DNA from: a virus
Taxonomy: Duplodnaviria; Caudoviricetes
IMG/VR virus record: IMGVR_UViG_3300025018_000319
Location: 1 to 36,204 of that record
DNA: 36,204 bases
Direction: 5' to 3' (one strand)
Shown here: piece by piece, positions 9,557-18,968 of the stretch
Numbering within the stretch: the first letter of the stretch is position 1
Layout: each line of letters starts with the position of its first letter
Notes under the pieces: generated by a model
What the model was told of the DNA's origin: nothing
The model's database searches: none
The model's input: the letters and a program-made list of their open reading frames with translations, nothing else
Position numbers and translations under genes: made by a program

Positions 9557-10042
9557 ATGCAATTTATAACTGAGGCTGACTTCAATGAAGTCCTTGCAAA
9601 AGATAAATACTATCAAAATCGCTGGGGTTATTTCAAACAGGTCATTGACATGATTGGAGATTTTGAGGGTCGTGTTTTAGAGATTGGAGTGCATAAACTG
9701 CCAATATTCAAAGACAGCGAAACTATGGACATCGTCAAGAATTATGAGGGATTAACCTATCAAAGAGATGCGACTATTTTGCCTTATCATTTCGAGGACA
9801 AAGAGTTTGATTTGTTAGTATCGTTGCAGTGTCTTGAGCATTTACATCCGCATCAAAAAGCGGTCTTTGAGGAATGGTCAAGGATTGCAAAAGTGATTGT
9901 CATCAGCCTGCCTTATATGTGGCACTGCCCGGATGATATTATGCACCACCACATTGATTTGCCATTGATTGAGGAATGGACAGGGAAAAAACCAACAATG
10001 TCGATAATCAAAGATTGTCGGGTAATTTTAAAATATGAGTAA
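9557..10042 (+). CDS. Class I SAM-dependent methyltransferase-like protein
   Basis: VLEIG, DAT.LPY.FEDKEFDLLVSLQCLEHL; start trimmed to ATG 9557. Confidence 0.8.
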   Translation: MQFITEADFNEVLAKDKYYQNRWGYFKQVIDMIGDFEGRVLEIGVHKLPIFKDSETMDIVKNYEGLTYQRDATILPYHFEDKEFDLLVSLQCLEHLHPHQKAVFEEWSRIAKVIVISLPYMWHCPDDIMHHHIDLPLIEEWTGKKPTMSIIKDCRVILKYE

Positions 10043-10685
10043 TAAAAAAATCCTTGTTGTCACGATCACCTATAATCGGCTCGAGGTTACTAAAAAATAT
10101 CTTGGAGAATTAAGAGCAAAAGCCGGATACGATTTTGAGCATATTATTGTTGATAATGGCTCTACTGACGGGACTGTGGATTGGTTGAGAGAAATGTGCT
10201 ATAATGTTATTACCAACGAATGCAATGAGGGAATAGTGTCAGCTTGGCTCAAGGGGGTCAAATTTGCCCGCCTGCAGGGGTTTGAGCCTGACTTTGTTGT
10301 CAAGTTCGACAATGACTGTGAAATCGTCACAGAGGGCATCCTAGCAAGGATTATGGCGTTCTATGAGCAATGCGGAGAGTATTGCGTTACTGCTCCAAGT
10401 GATTTGAACATTTTGCCTGATTATGTGCCTGCTCAGGTCAATGATGTTAACAAGGTTGGAGATTTCAATGTTAGATTTACAACTCACATCGGAGGGATGT
10501 TTGCTGTTATGCCGATTGAGGCATTTGATGATATGGCTAAGGAGAATGACGGAAAGGGAATTGAAAAAGACATTTGCAGGGGTGGTTTTTGGAGGAGAGA
10601 CGGATTTCAGTGCATCTACCTGACAGATTTGGAGGTCAAGCATCAAGGTATGGGAACGAGCAACTATGACAAATATAAATTTTAA
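10035..10685 (+). CDS. Family 2 glycosyltransferase
   Basis: TITYNR, IIVDNGSTDGT, KFDND motifs. Confidence 0.9.
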   Translation: MSNKKILVVTITYNRLEVTKKYLGELRAKAGYDFEHIIVDNGSTDGTVDWLREMCYNVITNECNEGIVSAWLKGVKFARLQGFEPDFVVKFDNDCEIVTEGILARIMAFYEQCGEYCVTAPSDLNILPDYVPAQVNDVNKVGDFNVRFTTHIGGMFAVMPIEAFDDMAKENDGKGIEKDICRGGFWRRDGFQCIYLTDLEVKHQGMGTSNYDKYKF

Positions 10686-10689
10686 CTAT

Positions 10690-11043
10690 ATGATTTCAGG
10701 TGATAAATTTAAAATAATTAGAGGAGATACTGAAAACATTATCGTCACATTCAAGGATAGTGACGGGGTGGCAATCAATCTAACAAACAAGGTGGTTTTT
10801 TTCACTGTCAAGGAAGTCGATGCGATCGATGAGATTTACGATACCAATGCAAAAATATCAAAAAAGATTACAGTCCACTCAAATCCAACTGCTGGAGAAA
10901 CAACTATCGCATTGACATCTGAGGATACAAATTTGACACCAAAGGATTATTTATACGATTTGCAAATTGTCGGGAATGGAGTTGTCAGCACTCTCAGTAA
11001 TTTAATTGAGGTAGTGCAGGACATTACAAAGAGAGTAAGTTAA
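10690..11043 (+). CDS. BppU-N-like fibre anchoring protein
   Basis: IIRGDT...AINLT...FFTVK...YLYDLQ pattern. Confidence 0.65.
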   Translation: MISGDKFKIIRGDTENIIVTFKDSDGVAINLTNKVVFFTVKEVDAIDEIYDTNAKISKKITVHSNPTAGETTIALTSEDTNLTPKDYLYDLQIVGNGVVSTLSNLIEVVQDITKRVS

Positions 11044-11048
11044 TAAAT

Positions 11049-13016
11049 ATGCCAAACGAAATAAAAGCAACAATTGTAAAAAACCAAATCAATGTTACCC
11101 TCGAGGGAGACCTCAGTCTTGCTGACCCTGCAGGCTCACCCGGTGGAGTTCAATGGAACAAGAATGGGCTTTTTGGCTCGTTCGGCTCTTATGATGAGGA
11201 GAATGATGAACTGACACTCAACTCTTTAAAACTAACAGGGGCGATTACCGAGGATGCTCAAGCAATCACTTTGGGATTTTTCAATCAGGGAGTTGCTGGG
11301 TTTTTGCCTAGCAGTAGCCCGGCTGGTGGCATCTTGTCCCAGGACATTGAAAACTGGGACGATGCTTTTAGTTGGGGAGACCACGCAGGTCTTTATGATA
11401 CGATCGGAACCGCATCAGGATTATTGTCAGGACATACATCAGCTTATAACCACTCGCTCATCGCTACTGCTTTGCAGAGCGAAACCGACCCGATTTATAG
11501 TGCTTGGGACAAATCAACCGGCATCACGATCACAGAGAGTCAAATCAGTGACCTCAAGACTTATATTCAATCTAGTGAAAAAGGTGCTAATAATGGAGTG
11601 TCAACACTAGACTCTGGTGGTAAAATTCCGGCAAGTCAATTGCCTGCGACTGTTATGGAGTTTAAGGGAACTTGGAATGCCACTACGAATAGCCCTGCTC
11701 TATCTGACGGAATGGTCGGAGCTGACAACGGAGATATTTATCTTTGTAATGTCGCAGGAACTATAAACCTTGGCTCAGGTGCTATCTCTTTTGCAGTCGG
11801 AGATTGGGCTGTCTACAATGGTAGTATTTGGCAAAAATCTATCAACTCAAATTCTGTCGTATCAGTTAACGGACAGCAAGGGGTTGTTAGTTTAAATACC
11901 GACAACATCAGTGAGGGAGTGACAAATCAATATTATACTGTGGCGAGAACTGCCAGCAGTTTTTTGGCTTTAAGCCAAGCAACCCCTCAGACAGTCGGTA
12001 ATACCACCGACAGATTATCAAAACTTTGGGCTACTGACATTGATACAAATGGTTTAACAGTTGATACAAATACACTCTTAATTGACCCAGCAAATCACAT
12101 TGTAAATGTTGGTGGTGGCTCTGTTTTATCTCTTGGAGCTAATGGAACAGCAAAGATGTTGGTGCAAGATAATGTCAACGCAGTTTCAGGGTTACAGATG
12201 TCTAATGTTAATGCTGGTACTGTTGCTGATTTTCGTTTCCTTATCAAAGACACGACTGGTCATTATTTTGCTTTTTCTCAACCTGGGGTTGGAAACACTC
12301 AAAGTGCTATTTTCGGACTTGCGAGAGCAAATGCTGACTTAATTTTTAGCTCTGGTGGAACTGCCAGAAGTATGGGTATCGGAACATTTACTTCAGATGA
12401 TTTAGTATTGGGAACTAATAACACCGCAAGAATAACAGTGAAAGGTGCTGGTGGTATTATTATCGGCACAGGTTCTTTGACATCAGGCGCTTTGCTCGAT
12501 GTCAATGGTAAAATCTATGCAGATGACGGAACCGCAACATCTCCGGGATTTTCTTTCAGGGGCGACACTAACACAGGATTTTCATCTACTGGAGACAATG
12601 TGAGAGTAGTTGCTGGTGGAGTTTTGTCGATGTCAATTTCTCAAAATTCAGTGACTCTTAATGGAACAATGAGATTGAAAGACGGTTCAGCTGGAGCGCC
12701 TGCGTTAACATTCAACCTCGATGCAGATAATGGACTCTATCGCTCAGCAGACAATACTTGGCACGCAGTATCCAATGGTGCAACAGTAATGACCTTTGCA
12801 CCTGGGGTTGTTAACTTACCAACCCTCACAGCATCTCGATTAGTTGCAACAGATGGCTCTGATAATCTTGTGTCGGTCGCACCTGCTGGAACTTATACTC
12901 AGACCAATGTGTCCGTTGATAGGGCTTACGATGCTAACGCAACAACTCTTGATGAGTTAGCTGATGTATTGGGAATTCTGATTGCTGATTTAAAAACAAT
13001 TAACATATTAGCTTAA
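11049..13016 (+). CDS. Long fibre/adhesin protein located in the head module
   Basis: G/S/T/A-rich; GANNGVSTLDSGGKIP, VVSVNGQQGVV and repeated DGxAxxPxxxFxxDxxxG fibre motifs. Confidence 0.8.
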   Translation: MPNEIKATIVKNQINVTLEGDLSLADPAGSPGGVQWNKNGLFGSFGSYDEENDELTLNSLKLTGAITEDAQAITLGFFNQGVAGFLPSSSPAGGILSQDIENWDDAFSWGDHAGLYDTIGTASGLLSGHTSAYNHSLIATALQSETDPIYSAWDKSTGITITESQISDLKTYIQSSEKGANNGVSTLDSGGKIPASQLPATVMEFKGTWNATTNSPALSDGMVGADNGDIYLCNVAGTINLGSGAISFAVGDWAVYNGSIWQKSINSNSVVSVNGQQGVVSLNTDNISEGVTNQYYTVARTASSFLALSQATPQTVGNTTDRLSKLWATDIDTNGLTVDTNTLLIDPANHIVNVGGGSVLSLGANGTAKMLVQDNVNAVSGLQMSNVNAGTVADFRFLIKDTTGHYFAFSQPGVGNTQSAIFGLARANADLIFSSGGTARSMGIGTFTSDDLVLGTNNTARITVKGAGGIIIGTGSLTSGALLDVNGKIYADDGTATSPGFSFRGDTNTGFSSTGDNVRVVAGGVLSMSISQNSVTLNGTMRLKDGSAGAPALTFNLDADNGLYRSADNTWHAVSNGATVMTFAPGVVNLPTLTASRLVATDGSDNLVSVAPAGTYTQTNVSVDRAYDANATTLDELADVLGILIADLKTINILA

Positions 13017-13034
13017 TTAAATAACAAAACTTTT

Positions 13035-13313
13035 ATGAGCATTAAAAAAGGTGTCAACAAAATCCAAAAGGAAGTCGTTGAAAAAAAGAAAATTAGTGAG
13101 GAGAAAACTGAGCAGACTAAACTCGAGGAGGCTCAAAAGATTATTCAAGAGGCTCAGAATAAAAAGGCTCAAGCATTTATGGACGAATACAAAATGCTTT
13201 GCTATAAGCACGGAATGGAATTGACTGCAGATCCTCGTATCTCTTGGGGCGTGAAGTTTTTAGACATACCTAAGACCGAGCCTAAAAAGTCGAACAAGAA
13301 AAAGAAAAAATAA
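13035..13313 (+). CDS. Hypothetical charged coiled-coil protein (possible fibre chaperone)
   Basis: ORF directly after the fibre gene. Confidence 0.6.
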   Translation: MSIKKGVNKIQKEVVEKKKISEEKTEQTKLEEAQKIIQEAQNKKAQAFMDEYKMLCYKHGMELTADPRISWGVKFLDIPKTEPKKSNKKKKK

Positions 13314-13317
13314 CAAT

Positions 13318-13890
13318 ATGATAAACACTCAAGAATTTAAACAATTTATTGGTATGACTTCCGTTGCTTATGACGATGCTATTTCGCAGATTGTGAATGG
13401 TGTCAATAAGTTCGCTGAGGCTCATTGTAATAATGTCTTATTGAGGGCTGATGTCATTGAGTATTTTAATGCTGATGACATCGATTGTGATGATAGCCTT
13501 TACTTGAAAACTCGCATCAACATCTCGGATTTTCTTTTGTATTATAATACAGGAACTGAGGCAGTCCCAGTTTGGACATTGGAGGATAGAAACAATTATG
13601 CTTTGTTTCTTGATGAGGGTCGTATCGGATTAAATTTCGCCCGTTCGGTCGATAGTATTCAGACCGGAGTCAATAACTACAAAGCGACTTACAAGGCAGG
13701 GTTTACGATCTCGAATGCCCCGGCAGATTTAAAACTCGCTTGCTTGAAGTTGGCAGGTGCGTTCTACAATAAGCGAAAGGGAGAGGGAGAGAGTATGGAG
13801 AGCCTTGACGGGGCGAGTGTGAGTTTTGCTGGTTCGGTCAATGATGAGATTAAACAAATGCTTAGTAAATATAAGAGCATCGCTATATGA
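13318..13890 (+). CDS. Head-tail connector/adaptor (gp6-like)
   Basis: YKAGF...PADLKLACLKLAGAFYNKR...LSKYK. Confidence 0.85.
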   Translation: MINTQEFKQFIGMTSVAYDDAISQIVNGVNKFAEAHCNNVLLRADVIEYFNADDIDCDDSLYLKTRINISDFLLYYNTGTEAVPVWTLEDRNNYALFLDEGRIGLNFARSVDSIQTGVNNYKATYKAGFTISNAPADLKLACLKLAGAFYNKRKGEGESMESLDGASVSFAGSVNDEIKQMLSKYKSIAI

Positions 13891-14186
13891 TACACTTTGA
13901 ACAGGAGACAATTGTCAATCGATTGAGCATCTATTCTTACACTGAGGAATATGTCTACAATGGCATAATCTTTGGCATTTTGATGCCGGTCAAGGCTGAG
14001 GATGTTATGCTTACAGACGGAGACCCGTCAAAGAGTTTCAAATATTTTTGCGATATCAATGAGAACTTGAAAGAGGCTGACAAAATCACGATCGAGGGAG
14101 AGGATTACATTGTCAAAACTATTCGCAAGTTTAAGTTGAGACAGTTGGAAAGGATTGAGGCATTTGTTTACAAACCAAATAATTGA
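13887..14186 (+). CDS. Head closure protein
   Basis: Size, synteny, DKITIEGEDYIV; ATGA overlap with upstream gene. Confidence 0.7.
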   Translation: MIHFEQETIVNRLSIYSYTEEYVYNGIIFGILMPVKAEDVMLTDGDPSKSFKYFCDINENLKEADKITIEGEDYIVKTIRKFKLRQLERIEAFVYKPNN

Positions 14187-14187
14187 T

Positions 14188-14640
14188 ATGGGTTACACAA
14201 TTAAGGTTACTGGTCTTGACCAAGTCAGGTCATCATTTATGAAAGCCCCTGCGGTGGTCAGCGGACAACTTGAGAGAGGTGTCAAAGATGCTGGTGCTGT
14301 TATCTTGGAGAGGGAAAAACGAGAGGCACCGATTAAGTCCGGAAATCTTAGGCGTTTGATTGAGATGAGCTACAAGCCGATTAGTGTCAGTATTAGACCT
14401 AAGTCGGGCTATGCGTATTTTGTCCATTTTGGGACTGGTTTATTTGGAGAGAGGAAAGCTTTAATCAGACCAATCCGCGCCAAAGTCTTGGCTTGGAAGT
14501 CTGGTGGCAAAATGGTCTTTGCTCGATATACTCGAGGGCAAAAGCCAAACCCTTTTGTCGAGAGAACTGCCGAGGGTGTTGAGCCTGCGATCAATAAAAT
14601 ATTTGACGGGATTTTAAACAATATAACTGAAAAATTATGA
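14188..14640 (+). CDS. HK97 gp10-family neck/tail-completion protein
   Basis: APIKSGNLR, YAYFVHFGTG, GQKPNPF. Confidence 0.85.
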   Translation: MGYTIKVTGLDQVRSSFMKAPAVVSGQLERGVKDAGAVILEREKREAPIKSGNLRRLIEMSYKPISVSIRPKSGYAYFVHFGTGLFGERKALIRPIRAKVLAWKSGGKMVFARYTRGQKPNPFVERTAEGVEPAINKIFDGILNNITEKL

Positions 14641-15050
14641 GGGCTTTAATAATAGATGCAATCTATAACAAATTGAATGGCATCGCTGATTTAACAGGCA
14701 AGGTCTATAAATACAACAAGGGTCATTTTGTCAAATACCCTGTTGCTATCATCCTTGGCTCTGAGAATGAAAAAGACCGGGAGAGTGTCAAAACTGTTAA
14801 AAAGACTTACAAATTCAAAGTCCAGATATTACAGGAAGTCAATGAACAGGCTCGAGGCACCGAGGCTGGCGAGGAATTACTAATCAGGTTGGTGGATATC
14901 ATTGATAACCTATTCGATGATGACGATACCCTTGGGGGTGTCTGTGATGATGTCAGCCTTGCATCTGCGTTTATTTGGGAGGATAGGGAGCTATTGATGA
15001 GGGGAGTTGATTTACAGATAAACTGCTGGAAATTAAAACAATTGACTTAG
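14637..15050 (+). CDS. Tail terminator protein
   Basis: Synteny, YPVAII, DDTLGG. Confidence 0.7.
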   Translation: MRALIIDAIYNKLNGIADLTGKVYKYNKGHFVKYPVAIILGSENEKDRESVKTVKKTYKFKVQILQEVNEQARGTEAGEELLIRLVDIIDNLFDDDDTLGGVCDDVSLASAFIWEDRELLMRGVDLQINCWKLKQLT

Positions 15051-15076
15051 TTCTTTTTAAATAATCGAGGTGTAAA

Positions 15077-15262
15077 ATGATAATCGTTGGAGAAGGCTCT
15101 TTGCGAGAATGTGCGAAATGCCACACTATAATTGGATGCTACCAGAAAAAAGGCAAAAAATGGAAATGCGAAAAATGCAAAACTCGGGTTTGTCCGGATA
15201 CCCACGAAGTCATCGAGACAATATGTGACATTTGCGCTGGTGAGCTCAAAAGTTCTACATAA
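15077..15262 (+). CDS. Small Cys-rich (Zn-binding) protein
   Basis: Three CxxC pairs plus two more Cys in 61 aa. Confidence 0.6.
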   Translation: MIIVGEGSLRECAKCHTIIGCYQKKGKKWKCEKCKTRVCPDTHEVIETICDICAGELKSST

Positions 15263-15266
15263 AATC

Positions 15267-15288
15267 AGGGGGAGTTAACCCTCCCCCT
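15267..15288 (+). terminator. GC-rich hairpin (terminator or RNA stabiliser)
   Basis: AGGGGGAG-TTAACC-CTCCCCCT perfect 8-bp stem; weak U tract. Confidence 0.5.
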
Positions 15289-15314
15289 TGTATTAAAAAA
15301 CTAACCAAACAAAT

Positions 15315-15494
15315 ATGGCTATCAAAAATTTTGAAAACAAATCTATCAAGCCCGGGGACGATGTGACAGAAAACGGAAATAGTGCTATAATTGAAACAAA
15401 GGAAATTGAGCACTGCTATCCGGAACAAGGTGTCACGATCAAAGCCAAATCGAAAGAGGAGGCTGACAAGAAACTTAAACAACTATTAAGCTAA
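15315..15494 (+). CDS. 59-aa hypothetical protein (missing from ORF track)
   Basis: Hand-translated MAIKNFENKSIKPG...GVTIKAKSKEEADKKLKQLLS. Confidence 0.65.
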   Translation: MAIKNFENKSIKPGDDVTENGNSAIIETKEIEHCYPEQGVTIKAKSKEEADKKLKQLLS

Positions 15495-15504
15495 CAACAA
15501 AAAT

Positions 15505-16482
15505 ATGAGTGAAATTTTAAAGCGTAGATTTAATGTGGGAGTCGGTAAAGAAACGACTCGAGGCACTAAGGTTGTCCCGGGTATGTGGCTTAAGCCAACA
15601 TCTGAGGACTACAATGACGAGGTCGAAGTAGTCGCAACCGAGAGGTCAATGGGAGTGATTGAGGATAGTGATGACCAAGTCGTCACGAAAAACTTTTCTG
15701 CAGGTGTTATCGCTGGAGAAGTGTTTGACCAGTCGTTCGGATTTTTCTTGCTTGGTGCTATTGGTCAAATCGCATCAGTGGAAAAAGTCGGAGACAGTGG
15801 AGTCTATGACCACACTGCCTCGGTCTTGCAATCATCTCAGCATCCGTCTTTGACTCTTGAAATCAAGAGAGGGGCAAACGAACAAAAGGCTTATGCTCTT
15901 TGTGTGGTTGAGAGTTTAAAAATCTCAGCATCGGCCAATGAGTATGTGATGTATGAGGTTGCATTGAGAGGTAAAAAGGGAGTTGCTGGGACTGCTACCC
16001 CGAGCTATGTTGTTGAAAATTACTTCTTAGCTAAGCATATCGGAGTCAAGTTGGCTGATGCTTATTCCGGTCTTGGTGCGGCATCGGAGATTGATGTCAA
16101 GAGTATCGAGTTAAACATCATCAAGAACATCGAGGATAAAGATGTTTTGAGTGTTGACGGACCTTCCGACTTTTTCAATAAGCAACTTGCTATCGAGGGG
16201 ACAATGGAAATGTATTTCGCGAATGTCTATGCTCGAGATTATGCGTTAAATGGCACTACTAAGGCGATGCAGATTGTTATGGAGAATAATGCTGTCACGA
16301 TCGGTGCTAGTTCAAAGCCAAAACTGGTCATCAATATTGCTAAGGTAAAGTTTAGCGATGCACCGATTAAGGGTAGCAATAACGATATGGCAAGGGTTGA
16401 AGTATCTTTCAAGGGTTTCTACTCTCAGACTGACAGCAAGAGCATCGAGGCGATTTTGACCAACACCAAAGCATCTTACTAG
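15505..16482 (+). CDS. Major tail tube protein
   Basis: GVGKETTRGT N-terminal motif; position before chaperone and tape measure. Confidence 0.85.
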   Translation: MSEILKRRFNVGVGKETTRGTKVVPGMWLKPTSEDYNDEVEVVATERSMGVIEDSDDQVVTKNFSAGVIAGEVFDQSFGFFLLGAIGQIASVEKVGDSGVYDHTASVLQSSQHPSLTLEIKRGANEQKAYALCVVESLKISASANEYVMYEVALRGKKGVAGTATPSYVVENYFLAKHIGVKLADAYSGLGAASEIDVKSIELNIIKNIEDKDVLSVDGPSDFFNKQLAIEGTMEMYFANVYARDYALNGTTKAMQIVMENNAVTIGASSKPKLVINIAKVKFSDAPIKGSNNDMARVEVSFKGFYSQTDSKSIEAILTNTKASY

Positions 16483-16489
16483 ACAATTA

Positions 16490-16522
16490 AAAGCCCTGCT
16501 CGAAAGGGTGGGGCTTTATTTT
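16490..16522 (+). terminator. Intrinsic terminator after tail tube gene
   Basis: AAAGCCCTGCTC-GAAA-GGGTGGGGCTTT then ATTTT. Confidence 0.7.
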
Positions 16523-16541
16523 AAAAACTAAATATAATTTT

Positions 16542-16981
16542 ATGCCGGTATTAAAAGATTTTAGACACATCAAAGAGATTGAACTGCCAAGCTATCCTGA
16601 GAGTAAGGTGGTTATTTATTCGTCATTACTGACAAAGGACACTGACCTTGCTACCGATTTACAGGAGGGAAAAAAAGCGACTCAGTTACTTATGATGATG
16701 CCTAAACTTATCAAGGAGTGGAACTTCACCAATGATGCTGGAGAGGTGTTGCCAATCACTGCGGAAAATATCAATCTGATTGACCACGATGACCTTTTGT
16801 TTATCATTGAACAGGTTGAGGCGTTTTCTGAAAGTTTAAAAAAAAAGTAAGCCAAGAGGTATTGCTTTGCCTTGAAACAGGTTGGACTCAGAGGCAACTA
16901 TTAGAGGACAACACTGACGATTTTATAAAAGAAATGGTCAAGGAATTGAACAAGCGAAATCGCAAAAATAAATTCAATTGA
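16542..16981 (+). CDS. Tail assembly chaperone pair G (16542-16850) and GT (-1 frameshift, to 16981)
   Basis: IKEWNFTND motif; TTTAAAAAAAAAG before the stop; -1 frame open 44 codons (LCLETGWTQRQLLED). Confidence 0.85.
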
Positions 16982-16982
16982 T

Positions 16983-18968
16983 ATGGATGCAAACAAAAGC
17001 CTGACCTTGTCGATTGTCGGCAAGGATGAAACCAAACAAGCGTTTGACAGTGTCAACAAAAATCTTGGAGTCACTGAAAAACAAGCATTTAATTTTGGAA
17101 AGACAATGGACACTATCAGTGCCTCCTTGTCGTCTTTCGGGAAAAAGATGTCAATCGGTGTTACCGCCCCGCTCGTTGCGTTGGGTGGTTTTGCTTTGCA
17201 GTCCGGTGCTCAATTGGATACCTTGCAAGGGTCTTATGAGAGGATGACAAAAACAATGGGCATCAATTCTGAGACATTGCTTTCAGTGATGAAAAATGTC
17301 AGCAAGGGGACTATTGCTGACAGTGACTTGCTTTTGGCGGCTAACAAGGCGATGTCTTTGGGAGTTGTTAAGAATACCGAGGAAATGGCGACTATTATGG
17401 AAATCGCTCGAGTCAAGGGTCAGACTATGGGATTATCTATGACTCAGGCGTTTGGTGACTTAGTCACTGGTCTTGGTCGTGGCTCTGCGATGATTTTGGA
17501 CAACTTGGGCATCACGATCAAGGTCGGAGAAGTTAATGAGGCTTATGCGAAGTCAGTCGGGAAAACTGTTGACCAGTTAAGCGCTCAAGAACTCAAACAA
17601 GCCCTTGTTAATTCGGTAGTCAATCAGGGAAAGGCTGAACTGCAAGCAATGGGCGAGGTCACTATTACCAGTCAGGAAAAAGTCGCTCAGATGACTGCCA
17701 AACTTACAAACTTGAAAGCAGAACTCGGTCAACAACTTTTGCCTTATGCTGTTAAGTTCGCTGAGTTGATGTCTGAGTGGATTAGAAAGTTTCAAGAGTT
17801 AGACCCTGCTACTAAAAAAATTATAGTCTTTGCTGGGGCATTCCTCGCTGTCATCGGACCATTGGCTTTGGTCTTGTCAGGATTTATCACTGTCATCACT
17901 ACGATCGTGAAAGTGGTCGGGTTTTTATCAACCGCTATAACCGCACTGATACCAATCATTGCTGGCATATCATTGCCGGTGCTTGCTGTCATTGCTGGAA
18001 TTGTCGCTCTCGTTGCTGTTGGTTATCTCGTTATTAAAAACTGGGAAACTATCAAGGAGTTCGCTATTAAAATCTGGGGAGATATACAGGCATATTTTGT
18101 CGCTACATTTGAAAAAATAAAAACATCTTGGACATCGTTTTGGACTGGCATAAAAGATTTTGTTGTCGGGATTTGGAATGGTATTGTCGAGGGTGTAAAA
18201 ACTGCTATCAATTTATTGGTCGGTGTCTTGGATTTAATATTCAGGGCATTCGGAACTGACCTGCAAACCTTTTTAATTGGAGTCAAAGACTTCTTTGTTT
18301 TGATTTGGACTGGGATTGCTGAGGCTACAAAATTATTTTGGGATGGAATTGTCGCAACATTCAACATTGCCCTCAAGATTTTGCAATTCGTTTGGGATAA
18401 TACTTTCGGTGCAATGTTTAGCAAGGTATCCGGTATCTTTGCATCAGTGATGTCAAAGGTCACTGAATTATTTGCTATCATTGAGCCACAAATCTCAACT
18501 GCATTAAATGCTATCAGCTCAGTCTGGCATAGTATATTTAATGGGCTATCAACTATTACCGGCTCGGTCGCTGATAGTGTGATGAAAGTTATTGATGACC
18601 TCAAGAGTTGGGTTGGGAGTGCTGTTGATTGGTTAGTCGAGAAGTATAACAAGATGTTAGACCTCGCTAAAAAAATCGGTGCATCTATTGGAGGCGGTAT
18701 CACAAATACAATCAATGCAGGTGCTAAGATTACCGGTCTTGCTACTGGTGGATTTGCTCAACCCGGTCGGACTTATATGGTCGGAGAGAATGGTCCGGAA
18801 TTGTTTAGCTCTGACAGAGGTGGCACAATTACGCCAAACCACAAGCTCGGAGGTGGTGGCACATCAATCACGATCAACATCTCGGGAAACACTTTACTCG
18901 ACAATCGTGCTGGAGAAAAAATTGGCGATATGATTATAAAGAGGCTAAAGTTAAGCAATAACTTATGA
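16983..18968 (+). CDS. Tape measure protein
   Basis: ILDNLGI, periodic W/F repeats, C-terminal ATGG...MVGENGPELF. Confidence 0.93.
   Translation: MDANKSLTLSIVGKDETKQAFDSVNKNLGVTEKQAFNFGKTMDTISASLSSFGKKMSIGVTAPLVALGGFALQSGAQLDTLQGSYERMTKTMGINSETLLSVMKNVSKGTIADSDLLLAANKAMSLGVVKNTEEMATIMEIARVKGQTMGLSMTQAFGDLVTGLGRGSAMILDNLGITIKVGEVNEAYAKSVGKTVDQLSAQELKQALVNSVVNQGKAELQAMGEVTITSQEKVAQMTAKLTNLKAELGQQLLPYAVKFAELMSEWIRKFQELDPATKKIIVFAGAFLAVIGPLALVLSGFITVITTIVKVVGFLSTAITALIPIIAGISLPVLAVIAGIVALVAVGYLVIKNWETIKEFAIKIWGDIQAYFVATFEKIKTSWTSFWTGIKDFVVGIWNGIVEGVKTAINLLVGVLDLIFRAFGTDLQTFLIGVKDFFVLIWTGIAEATKLFWDGIVATFNIALKILQFVWDNTFGAMFSKVSGIFASVMSKVTELFAIIEPQISTALNAISSVWHSIFNGLSTITGSVADSVMKVIDDLKSWVGSAVDWLVEKYNKMLDLAKKIGASIGGGITNTINAGAKITGLATGGFAQPGRTYMVGENGPELFSSDRGGTITPNHKLGGGGTSITINISGNTLLDNRAGEKIGDMIIKRLKLSNNL

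Noticed and set aside
18023-18715. Long minus-strand ORF (and other minus-strand ORFs in the track)
   Set aside because: Antisense shadows of well-supported + strand genes, with no motifs
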